This document shows positions 25,301 through 38,363 of a DNA stretch of 64,000 nt, piece after piece. The notes under the pieces are model-generated. The model ran no database searches, was not told the DNA's origin, and was given only the letters and a program-made list of their open reading frames with translations. This DNA is from Antedon mediterranea. Lineage: Eukaryota > Animalia > Echinodermata. A program made the position numbers and the translations under genes. Location of the stretch: the NCBI RefSeq assembly GCF_964355755.1, contig NC_092679.1, positions 20,815,432 through 20,879,431 of the forward strand, given 5' to 3'. The number at the start of each line of letters is the position of its first letter. Within the stretch, counting starts at the first letter, position 1.

Positions 25301-28300
25301 AACCTAACTGCAATTGTCTAAGAAAACGCAAGTAACCTTTGTGCCGTAGTGCAAGTTCATCAGATCCGTCCCCATGAATAAGACTAAAACAAAGAAAGAA
25401 CTGCTGTACAAGTGAGATCATGTGTTCTCGTGCCATCTCGCGTCCAATTCTCCCAGCGATTGATATTACGATGTCTACGATCTTGAAGCAGATGACAGAA
25501 CGAACATGTCCACCGCCGGAAAAGTTAATAACTAAAGATGATAACGTCATGATTATAGGTTTCAGGAGTTTTTGTAGGATGAGCTGAAATAAAAAAAATC
25601 AAAAAAGATTAACATACATTATAGTTTGGTAGTAATATGCTAAGTAAATTCACTCAACAGAACAAATAGTGGGAAATGTCTTGTTTTTGAGCAATCATTG
25701 TGCGAGCCATTTGGTTTTCATGACACTGGTGTAAATATAGTTTGATTTTCTACTACAAAATAGTTTTCATTTTTTTACTCTTCAAAATGTTTGATCATTA
25801 ATTATGAGACTTGCAGACATAATTTTTATGACAAAAATGTTGATAAATATAATTAAAATTAATAAATCATGCTAAAAATGTTGTTGTACCTTTAACTTTT
25901 CCATAAGCTGTGTATCATTGAGGTAAGGCAAAAGAAACTTAAGTAAGGACAGACAAGATACAAGGCTTGCTTCACTTTTGGTGTTCATCTTTTTACGAAC
26001 CGATGCTACCTATTAAAAAATAAAAAGAAAATGGTACGTTCCATGTTATAAAAAAAAACTTAATTAATATCCATATTAATCTTTGATTTATATTCTTATA
26101 CAAGAGATATAATGAGTAAAATTGGAGACTGAAGTAAAATATATTTTATACTTTTTAAACATTTAAAAAAAAAAGAATTTACTTCCACATCATCTAACAG
26201 CCAAAACAAGATTTGGAATTACAGGATGTGAAACACATGCTTTCTAGACCAAGTATAATATGATGCTAAGGTATTTAGAAAAGTAATCAAAAAAAGCCTA
26301 GGATTATCACAGGATTTGAACCAAGAACTATTGAATTGGTAAGCAAGCAGGTCAACCACCAAGCTGCAGTGCCATTAACAATGATGAAATGAATTAGCAT
26401 AAACCTACACATGTTTGTATATAAGGTAAGTACTGTTTAAATATTAATTCTTCTCCATAAATATCTGCAATGTGAATAAGGCTATAGAAAACAGGCTCAG
26501 CAAATGTATCGCCAACCACCACACGTTTATCCATGAACAACACATCTTCATCTGCAAAAATAATTCAATATCAAAATCAATCAATCAATATCTAAAAAAC
26601 CTGCACCTGTGACATCACAGCAATTTACGGTGACGGCTGTACGGCAAGTGCATGGATATCCTTATTCTGATTGTTCTGCAATCATATGTACATCCCTAAT
26701 ACCTTGTAAAAATATGGACCTCGGTCAAGTTGTCCTTTAACTAGTGCATGATTTCAAAGAGTTTATGTAGTTTCTGCCTCAATAACAACATGTAACCCTA
26801 AATAAACCAGCATTTGGGGAGTTGACCAACAGATTCATGTTGCATAACTTTACAATGATTAATTCAGTATTCTCTGTACATTCATAAGAGCGTAAAAGAA
26901 AACAACATTACTTACCGCTACTACTTTCACTGTCCGAGTCCTCATCAAGCCACCTCAGTTGCTCTTGATCACAGAAGCACTTCTCAAGTATCAGTAGTAG
27001 TCTTTTGCTAAGATGCACAGCAGTCAAAAAGGGGCCGATCTTATCTGCCAACCACAAGATGCTTTCCATTGCAGTGTCTATTAGAGTTGTTCCTGGTGCC
27101 ATCTGAGATGTGCTGTTGTCTATTTCATCAATACCCTTGACAGAAGTCTCAATTGCCAATGCTTCTTCCACTTTCACTGATTCAGCCTTATCATCATAAT
27201 AAAGTTTGTGTCTTGGAGAAGGTTCATTGATATCTTTTGGTTGGTTTGTGGGATCTCCGTCTTTGTCATTTTCTTCCACCAGGTTTGGTTCTTCACTTGC
27301 GTAACCATCTGAGCTTTCATTCATCTCTGATGAAACCATTGTGCTTTCCCCGTCATTGACAGTGAGTTGAGAAGAACTTTGAGTACAATCATCACTGACA
27401 TACTCTTCTTCATTCTCATAATCAAGAGCATCATGGCTTTCAGAAACTCTGGTCTGTGTGAAAGACCTCTGTCGCTGAGCATTCAACACAGGCATTGGGA
27501 ATTCAGTTTCGGATCTGAAGCTTGGACAAGCATGCTGTCCTATAAGTACTTCTACAAGAAACTCAACAAAGTTACACAAAAAGCATTCAAAACCAAACCG
27601 AGAGATCAGCTGTGATAAAAATGCTTTGTGGAAGATCAAAATAAAGTTTGATGATTTGAAAGATGATTTATACATGTGCTTGAGCAAACTACAAAGTTGG
27701 TTTTCTGTGACCTCCGGGCCTAGATGCTGACCAATGATATTAAAAAGAAGAAGGAATGCATACAGCCTACAATCCTCCTTCTGAAACAACGGAATCAAGC
27801 ATGGCAACAAAAGATCTTTTCCTTCTTCAGTCAACCCTTCTAGCAGCTTTGGAAGAAACTTTGCAATATTTTGAATTTCTTCAAACACATGTTGCTGCTT
27901 TGTCGTCTCGGTACTTTCAGGAGCTAGTTCTTCAAGAAATGCGGTTAGCTGTTTGACTTTACAGATGAGTTCATACATGGCAGGGAAGTAAGCAGGAAAT
28001 GGGACAAAGTTTCCATGAGTTTGAAGAAAGAGTCCAATAGAAGGTGGTGGATATCCTTCCTTAATGGCAACCAGCTTGATGTTCTTTGAATCAAAGTCTG
28101 GATTGTCCAGTTGAAGGAGTTCCCGTAGTAAGCTTTGTACTGGTCTTAAATTTAAAAGAAGACATCATAATATTCTGGTTAATAGTAAAAGTATCTTTTT
28201 GATATATTTGCATAATTGAGTACCCAGGTGCTCACAAAATCTGTAGGACAAGTTTGGTAATCCTCTTCATCATAAAGTAAATTAATACAGCAACTATATT

Positions 28301-31300
28301 CTAAAGTACATACAATATTACAAAAAACTAGAGTACAAAACATAGCCTATAATAATATTATCAAATTGTGTATATTGAATTAAAGATTTTTATACCTTGG
28401 TATATCTGAAAATTCTCTAATACAGAGTTTTCTAAGTAACATACAACGCTGGTCAAAGTTCACACCTTGCCGTTGCATCTGCAACTTAGGAGCTAGGACA
28501 ATTTCAGCTATCAAACAGCCAACCATCACGATCTCTTGTGCTAGCAGTTTATCAGATTCATCTTTAACCTTTAGAGCAGAAAATGCAAGTAAAATAGTTT
28601 GAAGACCAGGAAGTGTTTTTGTGATTGAACTCGATTACTCTCTGTATCTCGAATTACTGTAATTGATATTAGAGAGCTTCCGAAATAGCCATGTGGGTTA
28701 GGCAAGATGGCAGGTCAGAAACAGCCATGCATTGCCTCCCTCCAGGCAACGCCAAATCACATTGCCTGTTCAACGGTCAAGTTTCCTTGTAATCTGCATG
28801 CACACAGTAAATTGCACAGTTGGTTGCACGGCAGACACTGCCGCGTCGCCTGCTTGGAAAGCACCCTATTTTTGTTAACTAGTAATTCAATATTTTATTG
28901 ATGTCAATACATGTAGAGATCATGAACATCACAATACAATATATATTACATATTATAATACTATCTTAACAAAAACAATAAAAGCTTTTTAATTCTTGGA
29001 CGGTACTCTTTGTATTGTTTGAAGTTTTTTGTTGTCTACCTTTACGTACCAAGAAGCTCTATTCACCATATTGATAGAGGAGGCTAGACCCAGCTTGACA
29101 TCCCTTAAATCCACTTCTGACCTGATCAACTCTCTTAAGGGCCTTTCACACCTGCTCCGGCACGGTTCCGGTCCGGCGACGGCAAATCCAATCGAACGTC
29201 AATGTTTCGTTTTCACGCGGCTACGCGCATATCGATTGGTGCTTGGCCGCGTGGAGCGTCGTAAAAACCGGACCGGAACCGTGCCGGAACAGGTGTGAAA
29301 GGCCCTTTACTCTTTTATAAATTTACTTACAGACAATGGTTGATGTTCTTGGCTTTTGACTGGTAGCTCATGCAGTGATTTACCCGTAAATGTATAAAGT
29401 GACTCAATATGATCTAACATTGCTAACGGTTTGTAGTCTTCAGGAATCACAATTGTCATCATTTCTGGTCGAGGAGGAGCATACTTTATTTCAGCACTGT
29501 CTGGACGAGGTCTTCAATTAGAAATAAAAAAAACGCATACAGTCAACTCTCCCAATACCAGACACCTTTAGGCTGGCCTAAAATGGTTTTCCAGAAAGCC
29601 TGTTAATCGGAATGTGATTTTAATGGGACCTTTTGGACCTCAAGAAAAGGCTTTGGGAGAGTTCTTGGTTTTCAGAGAGTCCGGTATTTGGATTGTAGAC
29701 TGTACAATATTTCACAATTTCTAATACAGATTTTAAATGCACTGTGTAATACAATCACAAGTTTCAATTTGGAACCTTTAGCAATACTGTGCATATATAT
29801 TATGTTATCATGTTTTAATTTTTTCATTAAACTATTAACTGTTTATGGTACCTGAAGAGTTTTTTAATTGGATTTTTACTTGAAAGATCATCATTTCCAG
29901 TTAAGGCAGCACTCAGAACATCTTTAACAACTTTGAAAGGTTCCTGGGATGTTAAGGTGCTAACGTCAAGCTCATTACTCTGCTCAAATTCCTAAGAAAA
30001 TATTGTATTTAACTTTAGATGGTGAGTAGATTATTTTATATGTGTAGGCTACACAATACAAGACACATCAGAGAGGATAAAAGGCTTATGGTGGTTTTCA
30101 ATGATAAGCAAACTTTTCTGCTTTGTATATAAATTTGTTTAGGAATAGTGTAACAAACCTTTGAACTTACAGCGCCATCACTCCTACTAGAGGACGTTTC
30201 TCCAACTAGTTGGTTTGTTGTCGAACTAGAATCAGCAGGGCTGTCTGTCGACAACGTACCTTCACTAGTTGGAACCTGAAGAAAATATTAAAATGCGATT
30301 TTGTTGAGTACAGTATATCAATTATTCAAATGAATAAAATTGCATCAAGAATCTAATACTAAATGTTCTTGCAGTTTTAAACTGTTAAAATTGTGTGCAT
30401 GTGCACAATTAAAATGAACTACTTCCTGGGTCATAGTTCATTGCAAATTGAAACCTCTCTATTATATTAAGTCTTGAATCTACAAAGAATATTATAAAGA
30501 AACGGAAAGGTCAACCATTCGAAAAAGGTCAAGAACAATAACAAACTCACCTCTATTTTAAACGACTTCTGTGTAAATTCAGACCAGTAGAAACGTGAGG
30601 ACCACTTAGGAGCTTCCGGTGAAGTGAAGCGTGACATTGTAAGGCGTTTAGGATGAGGATGTGCAAACAGTTGAAGTACTCCGTGTCTTCTTGGTTCTGT
30701 ATGTTGGTCCACTAACTGCAAGCACACATTACGTGCTTTAACTGCCGCATTACCTGATAACTGACAATACATGAATAAAGTGATGCAGCAGATATTTCTG
30801 CTCTGTCTACACTATTAAACGTTATATGACAAAGATGTCATGTGCTCATAGATATATGGACATGATGATGTCATATCACTACCATATTTGGTCACGTCAC
30901 AATAATAAACTAGCACATCACACTGTTTTTGTCAAACTAGTTTCATAGTGTGGACAGGGCTTTAGGTGCAGTAAGTGTAACGATAAAGATAATGGATTAA
31001 AATAAAGCTCTATTTTGTAGCATTGAGCAAGGAACATTTAACATTAATCTCCTGCAGTTATGGTTGCAATGGGCTGCAATAAATGCGGATATACACTAGC
31101 AGGCTTGCGACCAAACGTAGGTCTTTATATTGTATAAAAAAGATCGAAAATAAGTTTTTAAGATTGCAGCTTCTTCTTACTATCAGGCCTTTGGTCCATA
31201 TATATTGCAATCCAAAGTAAAAGTAGAAGTTTAAAATAGAAGTTAAAAAAAAATACCTTATAGCCAAATGTCAGATCAATCCACTTATGTAGTCTTTCCG

Positions 31301-34300
31301 ACACGAAATCTCCTTCTAATATTCTACGATGCTGACTGATAAATTCTTGAGGACTACTAGCCCATGTTGGCAGTTCCAGGTCAGGAAGGTCATCATGAAT
31401 TGAACGGAAAATATTCGGTTCTGAAAAGAATTCTGGGATACATTCATCTGGAGTCCAAGTTTGTAGTCTTTGAATACTCACTGGGTATTCATTTGGAACC
31501 CATTTAGACCTGACATGCTTACAGAGAACTGCTTTAGGAGTCCTTCTTGCATGATAAATGTAGTAAGTGATCTCTGATAGAATATCTGATATGTGATGTC
31601 GAGGTTGCGAAGGCATTCCGCCGAGATTCGGTATAGACGCTTCATACGTTAAGTCTAACTGCTCGTCTCCTTTATTTAAGCGATACTTAGACTTGGAGAG
31701 GTCGCGGAATCCACCATTTGGACACGAGAAATCCATAACCCAAGGGAATATGGGATGGTAGTTAGGATTTCCCAACTCTCGACCTGTGAGGCTATTTAAG
31801 GCCATCAAATAATCAAAGTTACTAATATGTCCTAGCACCCAATCTTGTACTAGCTTTGGTAGATTTTCTAGAGTTGTTGATTGGTCACTGCATTTAATGG
31901 AATGGTTAGGAGATCCATCAGTTGAGTTGTTTTTTATGCATGAATCCAGTTCATCATTGCACATGGAGTTCTTTGGAATGTTGTCAGTCTTCATTCTTAT
32001 AATGGAGTTCCAATTTGGACCGAGGAACTTCAACCAGATATCTTCCGTCAGCTCAAAGTTTCTTAAACTGATGTTTCCGCAAGGTATCCCATTGGCGTGA
32101 CAATGATGAATGGCGTGGAACAACTGGTAAATAACAAAGAGCAACTTAGCGTGAGAGTTCTGCAGCATGGCAGGGCTAAAGAGAATGCTGTCGTGAAGTG
32201 AAGGCTTAGGTTCTACCATCAGGAGGTACAGCACATCAGTAGAATCAACAGCACACAACATTGGGTAGATATTTGGATGGCCAGGTCTGGTTTGCTGGTC
32301 AGTAGCAGATTTCTTCTTTGTTTGAATAATTGGTATATTGTAAACCTTCTTTATGGCATCAACCAAACCAAGTTGCCGCACCTAAATATTTGAAAAATAT
32401 TAATAAAGAGATTAGTATTATAACCATGTACAACCCCAGAGAGGGTGGTTAATGCTTAAAAATCTATGAACTCTATTAGTTAAACAATTAGACAATACAC
32501 TACAATATAATAAAAATATATTTGTATACAACATTCTTAATCTAATTTAATAATCTAAATATTTATGAATAATTACCTACTCTGCACCAGAAGTAAATCT
32601 AACATATATATTTTCATTACCCTTTTACATTTCAAAGTTTTATTTATAGTGATATTTCTCATTATAAATTATTTTATTCATTCTGTTTTTTCATGTGTGA
32701 TCCACTTGTGGTACCAGTGGTAAATAAGTTAGAGTCAACTGGGTCAGTTTTTTTTTCTTTTCATGTGTGATCCACTTGTGGTACCAGTGCTAAATAAATT
32801 AGTCAACTGGGTCAGTTTTTTGTTTTTTCATGTGTGATCCACTTGTGGTACCAGTGCTAAATAAATTAGTCAACTGGGTCAGTTTTTTGTTTTTTCATGT
32901 GTGATCCACTTGTGGTACCAATGCTAAATAAGTTAGTCAACTGGGTCAGTTTTTTGTTTTTTTTTCATGTGTGATCCACTTGTGGTACCAGTGCTAAATA
33001 AGTTAGTCAACTGGGTCAGTTTTTTGTTTTTTTTCATGTGTGATCCACTTGTGGTACCAGTGCTAAATAAGTTAGTCAACTGGGTCAGTTTTTTGTTTTT
33101 TCATGTGTGATCCGCTTGTGGTACCAGTGCTAAATAGGTTAGTCAACTGGGTCAGTGTTTGGTTTTTTTTCATGTGTGATCCACTTGTGGTACCAGTGGT
33201 AAATAAGTTAATCAACTGGGTCAGTTTTACTTACTTCTGTTTGCTGAGACTTCACGTACATTGATGATAGAGTTTCATATTTATAAAAGTTTGTTTTCCA
33301 TTGATGAACAAATTCTTTAGTAGATATAGTCTGCATCCAGTCCATCAATTCCAGGTTTGGTGCAACTTGGCTATCAGCATTCAATGCAGGTATGCTAAGA
33401 AAAATTGTAAGATTTCATCATGCAGGCATTTAAATTTTAAGTATGACAAAAATTAGTATAATTTCTAGATGGATTTTTGACTTATAATTAGTAAAAAGAT
33501 AAATATTTTGGCACATCCGTTAATAACTAATAGCAAAACAAATAATACTCTAAAAATAAACTACATATCTTATCTAATATCAAAATATAAAGTAAATTAA
33601 TCATATTAATAACTTATAATTAAATTTAATTAGGCAAATCATATAAATACAGTTTGTCCTTCCTGTCGTCCTTGTCGTGTTTGTATCGTCGTACATGTCC
33701 GTCCCTGTCTGTCAGTAGCTAACCTTATGCTTATTATTATTATTTTTAACTTTTTATTCTTTCTGGTGGATCCAGGCTTAAAGCCCCTTGGGGTTTAAAT
33801 GGTATTCTCCAGGCATAATGCAACTATTATTTACTTAATTTCCAACCACTTGTATCTTTTATATTTTGTATATGTTTGCATTATGTGAATAAATTTGAAC
33901 TTGAACTTGATATGGGATTTCATACTGTACATATACTATATGAGCTTGAATTTTTAGACAAAAATCGAAACGCCGACTGATGGACTAACATACAAAGACA
34001 AGAAATACAAAATACGCAATTTTATTGTTAAATGGCATGCAGGTATGGCAACTAGACATGATAAATCAATTAAATATCCCTTTTAACGCAAATGACAAAA
34101 ATAGTCTTTCCAATTCTTTTTTTTTTCTTTCTTTCATTTGTTTTTATTTGAGAGGTAAGCAGTATGATGTGAAGACCTCATTAAACTTACCAGCAACTAC
34201 TGTTGTTTACTTTTTGAAACGCTTTTATTTCAAGCCTCTGCCAAGCTTCAGGTAGATCTTCATATGTCACAGAATAAACAGTAGAAATTTGATGGTCAGA

Positions 34301-36570
34301 TGCTGATAATGTCCCAATGCAGCCTGTTTGAAGCATCTGCTTAACCCATTCTGTTGGTACCTATGAAACAAGAGGGTGAATTTTAAAAATTACCATCATA
34401 ATCACCACTGTACTATTTTGTAAGACTACAGTAAAGCTCTGTCTACACTATCAAACTTTGTGACAACAAATGTGATGGGCCCATGGACATGATGTCATAT
34501 CACTACCACATTTGGGCCTATCACTACCATATTTCGGCACATCACACTTATTTTGTCAAACTAGTTTGATAGTATAGTCAAGACAAGACTGAATGTGTCA
34601 CAGAGGGTGCAGTACCAGGTAGGCTGCCTAGCTTTTAAAGCCATGAACAATATTGCCCCTTGATACATCACCCAACGATTTTCCACTGTTCCGATACACT
34701 CTATGAGGACTAGGGCTGCTTCCAGGGGAGACTTACTGGTACCCAAAGTTAAATTGGAATGTTTCCGGCGCTCTTTTATTTATTCTGCTTGTATTTTATA
34801 TAATGTATTACCTTCTGTTTTGAAAGAATGTACCAATATTAACTCGTTTAAATTTAATTTTAAAAAACACATTTTATCGTAATTGTTTAATTGAATTTTT
34901 TGGATAATTATTTTTTTATATAATAGTTTTAAATTTAAATGTATATAATAGATTCGTATTAGTTAAGTATAGTTTTATATATTTTGTCATTTTTAAGAGG
35001 GCCCCTGAATATCAGCTGGCCTGCGGGTTCAGCTGGAAGGGTTACCCTCTATAAATAAAGTTGAAATAAAATAAAATAAAAAAAACTTTAGCCTCTAGCC
35101 TAGAATATAGAGAAGGCTAGTAGTAGGTCAACTAAACGGGTCCTCCTAAAACCTGCCCAGAGAATGCCTACAGACTGCACTAATTTAAACATAATTTGTT
35201 ATAAACTGAAGCATACGGTAAATCTTCTAATAGTAACCCACACTCTAAAATAGTAACCTCCCTTCTAATAGTCACCCACACTCTAAAATAGTAACCTCCC
35301 TTCTAATAGTAACCCACACTCTAAAATAGTAACCTCCCTTCTTATAGTAACCCACCTTTTGAAGTCAATCTATAATAATAACCCACTACTCTAATAGTAA
35401 CCCATAAGGGTAACTATTAGAGTCACAAAAACTATTGACAAAATGACATTACCCTATGAAGACTGGTCGTTTAATGACAGCCGTATTTTGAAAATAAGGA
35501 GATAATGCATGTTGATTATATAAGGAGATAATGCATGTTGATAAGGAGATAATTCATGTTGATCTCGGGAGTGGGGGAGGATTGAGTGTTTTTGAGTTTA
35601 TAAAATAAATTTAGAGTTCAAACAAGTTTGTTTAATCGTACTGTTTTATTATTTTGCTATGAGTTGCTGACCGGAAAAGTTGGGGTGGGTTACTATTTTC
35701 AGGTGCTTAATTTAAGATTAGTAATAGTAACCCACTACTCTAATAGTAACCTTCCTTCTAATAGTAACCCTCCTTCTAATAGTAACCCACCCTAAAAAAA
35801 CAATCAAAGAATAATAATTCAGGCTTATAATTAGAAGATTTACGGTACTTCCTTTTCAGATAATTTAAACGGATCAGTTTAGAGTTTCATCAACTACTTC
35901 ATCTTTTTATAAAAGTGTTTATAATTGATGGTAAATAATGATATTATATATGACTGTAATAAATGAATGTAATAAAGTAATGAGAGCTACAGCTCAGTGG
36001 AAATTTAATTAACAAATACACACGATCAAATCTTTATTTAATCATTTACAGATAGATATAATTATCATACTAGTTCACTATAATTATGTTGTCACAACGA
36101 TGTTGCAAAATTTTTCTACTAACATGACGTTTGAGTAAAAATGTTCTTTAAAAAGTCTCTGTAATCTGAAAATGTTTTGTTATATAAGAACGTTTTAATA
36201 TCATATAGGCTTACGTAAGTGTATATATATTATGAGTGAGTCATATGGCCGAGCGGTTAAGGCAGGGGCGCCGTTTACCGTACCTAAAGAGCCAACAACA
36301 ACATCGGCAAGGGTTCGAGGCCGACTCGCTCCTAGTTCTGGTGGTGGAACAAGTCTTCTCGGATAAGGACTATAAACCGTAGGTCCAGTGTACACAGTTA
36401 TAACCTGTGTGTACTTTAAAGAAACCCAGTTCATTATTCGAAAAAGAGTAGGGGGTTACCCCGGTGAACTGGTTCACACAATAGCCCCTGTATCAGGGGG
36501 ATTACCACCTATCTGATAGGACAGTGATTAATTCACTATTGGTAATCCTTGGCCACATTGCCTAAAGACA

Positions 36571-36601
<31 letters not shown>

Positions 36602-37174
36602 AAATAAAACATTCAAGGCCAAAATTTACTTAGATAAATATTGTAAATAATAAATAAACTGTTCTCTTCGGTCTTCGGGTGCTTCTTTCAGTGCCTCAGC
36701 AGGCGGTTTAGTTGTGTTTTATTTAGTAGGACCTCAACTCAATTCAAAACAAGCCAATCAAAATAATGATATAATAATATTAATAATAATAATAATCAGT
36801 AAAAATGTTTTTATAATGGCCTTTTTTTATTCCTATATATGATAACGCTAAAAATCAAGCCAGTATTACTATTATTACGTGAATATAATTTAGCGTGTTG
36901 TAGGACTAGCTAGGCGGTCTCTAGGTACTACCGGGATTCACCCCTACTAGGCTACCTACTCTAGCTAGATTACTACTAATCTATAGGCTACGAGAGACGG
37001 TAAGTACGGTAGGCTAGGCCTAGATAGTAGGCCTAAAACTAACTAGCCGGCCTCATCTCAAGAGGAAAACAGTCTTACTGCAGCAGTAATTGCTCCATTT
37101 TCTCTACTTTTTAGCAATCTAACATCTAGAAACAAATCCTTTGAAATCTGGTCAATGCAAATGTTGCTTTCCAT
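19364..37174 (-). CDS. WDR81: WD repeat- and BEACH domain-containing protein WDR81, ~24 coding exons
   Basis: Approximate exons: 37079-37174, 34191-34360, 33235-33394, 31257-32381, 30551-30760, 30159-30275, 29852-29991, 29331-29511, 28396-28568, 26916-28144, 26409-26551, 25890-26009, 25337-25583, 24671-24868, 24247-24379, 23704-23837, (23456-23503), 23115-23322, 21687-21908, 20926-21116, 20564-20703, 20315-20412, 19863-19963, 19364-19492. Kinase-like segment then BEACH (WVLGHISNFDYLMALNSLTGR, YHPIFPWVMDF, RDLSKSKYRLNKGDEQLD, WTPDECIPEFF, LHKWIDLTFGYK), an acidic stretch, and C-terminal WD40 repeats ending ..LEILPKQKLFLMASDNSSISLSA*. Confidence 0.94.
20108..20256. mobile_element. MITE family A copy
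   Basis: agctctgtctacactatcaaa / tttgatagtgtagacagagct with TAA/TTA flanks. Confidence 0.85.
22680..23080. repeat. Degenerate ~17-18 bp minisatellite (gagtgaggcacttattt)
   Basis: About 20 diverged units, with larger ~54-70 bp blocks repeated, in a WDR81 intron. Confidence 0.85.
29139..29305. mobile_element. Harbinger-like palindromic MITE
   Basis: ~38-bp TIR GGGCCTTTCACACCTG(C/T)TCCGGCACGGTTCCGGTCCGG with one mismatch, flanked by TAA/TTTA. Confidence 0.8.
29540..29703. mobile_element. Tc1/mariner(Tigger)-like MITE
   Basis: TA|cagtcaactctcccaatacc ... ggtatttggattgtagactg|TA. A related partial copy lies at ~12880-13030. Confidence 0.6.
32688..33228. repeat. Minisatellite, 8 x ~67-69 bp
   Basis: Unit tttcatgtgtgatccacttgtggtaccagtgctaaataagttagtcaactgggtcagttttt. 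Copies are near-identical and differ mainly in poly-T length. Confidence 0.95.
33640..33910 (+). mobile_element. LINE 3' UTR remnant
   Basis: Ends aataaatttgaacttgaacttga, a short tandem tail typical of CR1/L2-group elements. Confidence 0.45.
34586..35085 (+). mobile_element. 5'-truncated CR1/L2-group LINE (end of ORF2 plus 3' UTR)
   Basis: Translates LNVSQRVQYQVGCLAFKAMNNIAP*YITQRF..HSMRTRAASRGDLLVPK..FRRSFIYSACILYNVLPSVLKECTNINSFK..KKHILS*, the usual post-RT C-terminus, with one internal stop. Then a stem-loop and an (AAATA)n tail. Confidence 0.8.
35213..35847. mobile_element. MITE with TAC(C/G)GTAAATCTTCTAA TIRs and internal ~17-20 bp repeats
   Basis: tacggtaaatcttctaat ... attagaagatttacggta, with many tctaatagtaaccc units inside. 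Confidence 0.75.
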
Positions 37175-37808
37175 CTCACATTTCTCAAAAAAGTACTTGT
37201 AATTCAGTTGAGAAAAGCAAAATTTGATCAACAGTACTAATAATAGCAGGCAAAACATAACCTTTCACCAGAAGATTGTTCTATTATTTTATAGGGATAA
37301 ATTATTCATGGACGTAACAAAAACATTAACAATTTCTTATCGTTTTATATCAAAATTTATTTTATGAAATAGATTTTAAAGGTTTGAAAAACGTACGGTT
37401 GATTAAAAATTAATATAACAATAAATGTGATGGGGTTGGTTTATATACATACCTTGTAAAAAAACAATGTAAATGGAATGCGCTAATAAATATAATGCAT
37501 ATTCATAGTTACCTATGAATATTTTTTATCAAAAATATGTATTTAAAAAAACAATTCAAATTGCAATATATTTCACAATAATACATTTAACGGTTAAATA
37601 TTAATATATAGTCTTTCATATGTAATTAAAAGATGGTTTTGTTAATTTAATAAATTATGAACCATATTGACACCGATATTGTAGCAAGGTAGAAATGTCT
37701 GTGTATAAATATAAACATAAACATAATCGTTTGACAAGGCCGATCGTACATTACTTTTAAATCATCCCAGTAACAGATTGACCCATCTCAAGGTGCCCTT
37801 CCAGCAGC
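35846..37808. repeat. Duplication copy 1 (WDR81 promoter, exon 1, start of intron 1)
   Basis: Colinear with 38364-40150 from tacttccttttcagataattt through gatcgtacat.actttt. Confidence 0.92.
36236..36608 (+). mobile_element. Full-length tRNA-headed SINE with a Deu/Nin-like core
   Basis: A box TGGCCGAGCGG, B box GGTTCGAGGCC, core tcggataaggactataaaccgtaggtcc...aaagaaacccag...ttcgaaaaagagtagggggttaccccggtg, poly-A/(AAAT)n tail. Absent from the matching site in copy 2 (~38835). Confidence 0.85.
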
Positions 37809-38363
37809 AATACTTATTATATGATTAATAACTAATTAATAATAATTAAATAAATGTATATACTAGTACTAGTAATCATAAAAATGTTTATTTTGTAAAT
37901 AAATATATTAGCATAAAAAAAATGTATTTAAACAAACAGTATTTTTAAATTTTTATTTTGTAAATATATTAGCATAAAAAAAAGTATTTAAACAAACAGT
38001 ATTTTAGAGTAAAAAAATGTATTTAAACAGACAACTGAAAATAATAGCGTTTACCATTAAATGATAAATCACACACGCGACGTCGAAAAAAGAAATCACC
38101 CTAACCGAAAGCGAACGCCATAATTATGTCATCAAATTATAGTAACAAAGAAATAGTTTTCACTTGCACATGCTGGCGTAAGAATTATCCGCTCGTGCGG
38201 ATACTTGAAGCAGTCAGGCGAAACGCTTGTCAAAAGTGCAGAAGGCCACTAGTTTTGAAAATAAAAAAATGGTGGACAGAAGAGTACGACTTCTACAACT
38301 AAAGAAGTGTATTTATATACCTAATCCCGTATAAAGATATTTTTATAAACTGAGGCATAGGCC

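Noticed and set aside
29029-29298. 89-aa plus-strand ORF
   Set aside because: More than half lies in the GC-rich palindromic MITE, and it is antisense within a WDR81 intron.
32688-33228. Regular repeats resembling a CRISPR array
   Set aside because: Units are contiguous and near-identical with no unique spacers, in a eukaryotic intron with no cas genes: a minisatellite.
36238-36330. Possible tRNA gene
   Set aside because: A and B boxes are present but there is no proper cloverleaf, and it continues into a SINE core and A-rich tail.
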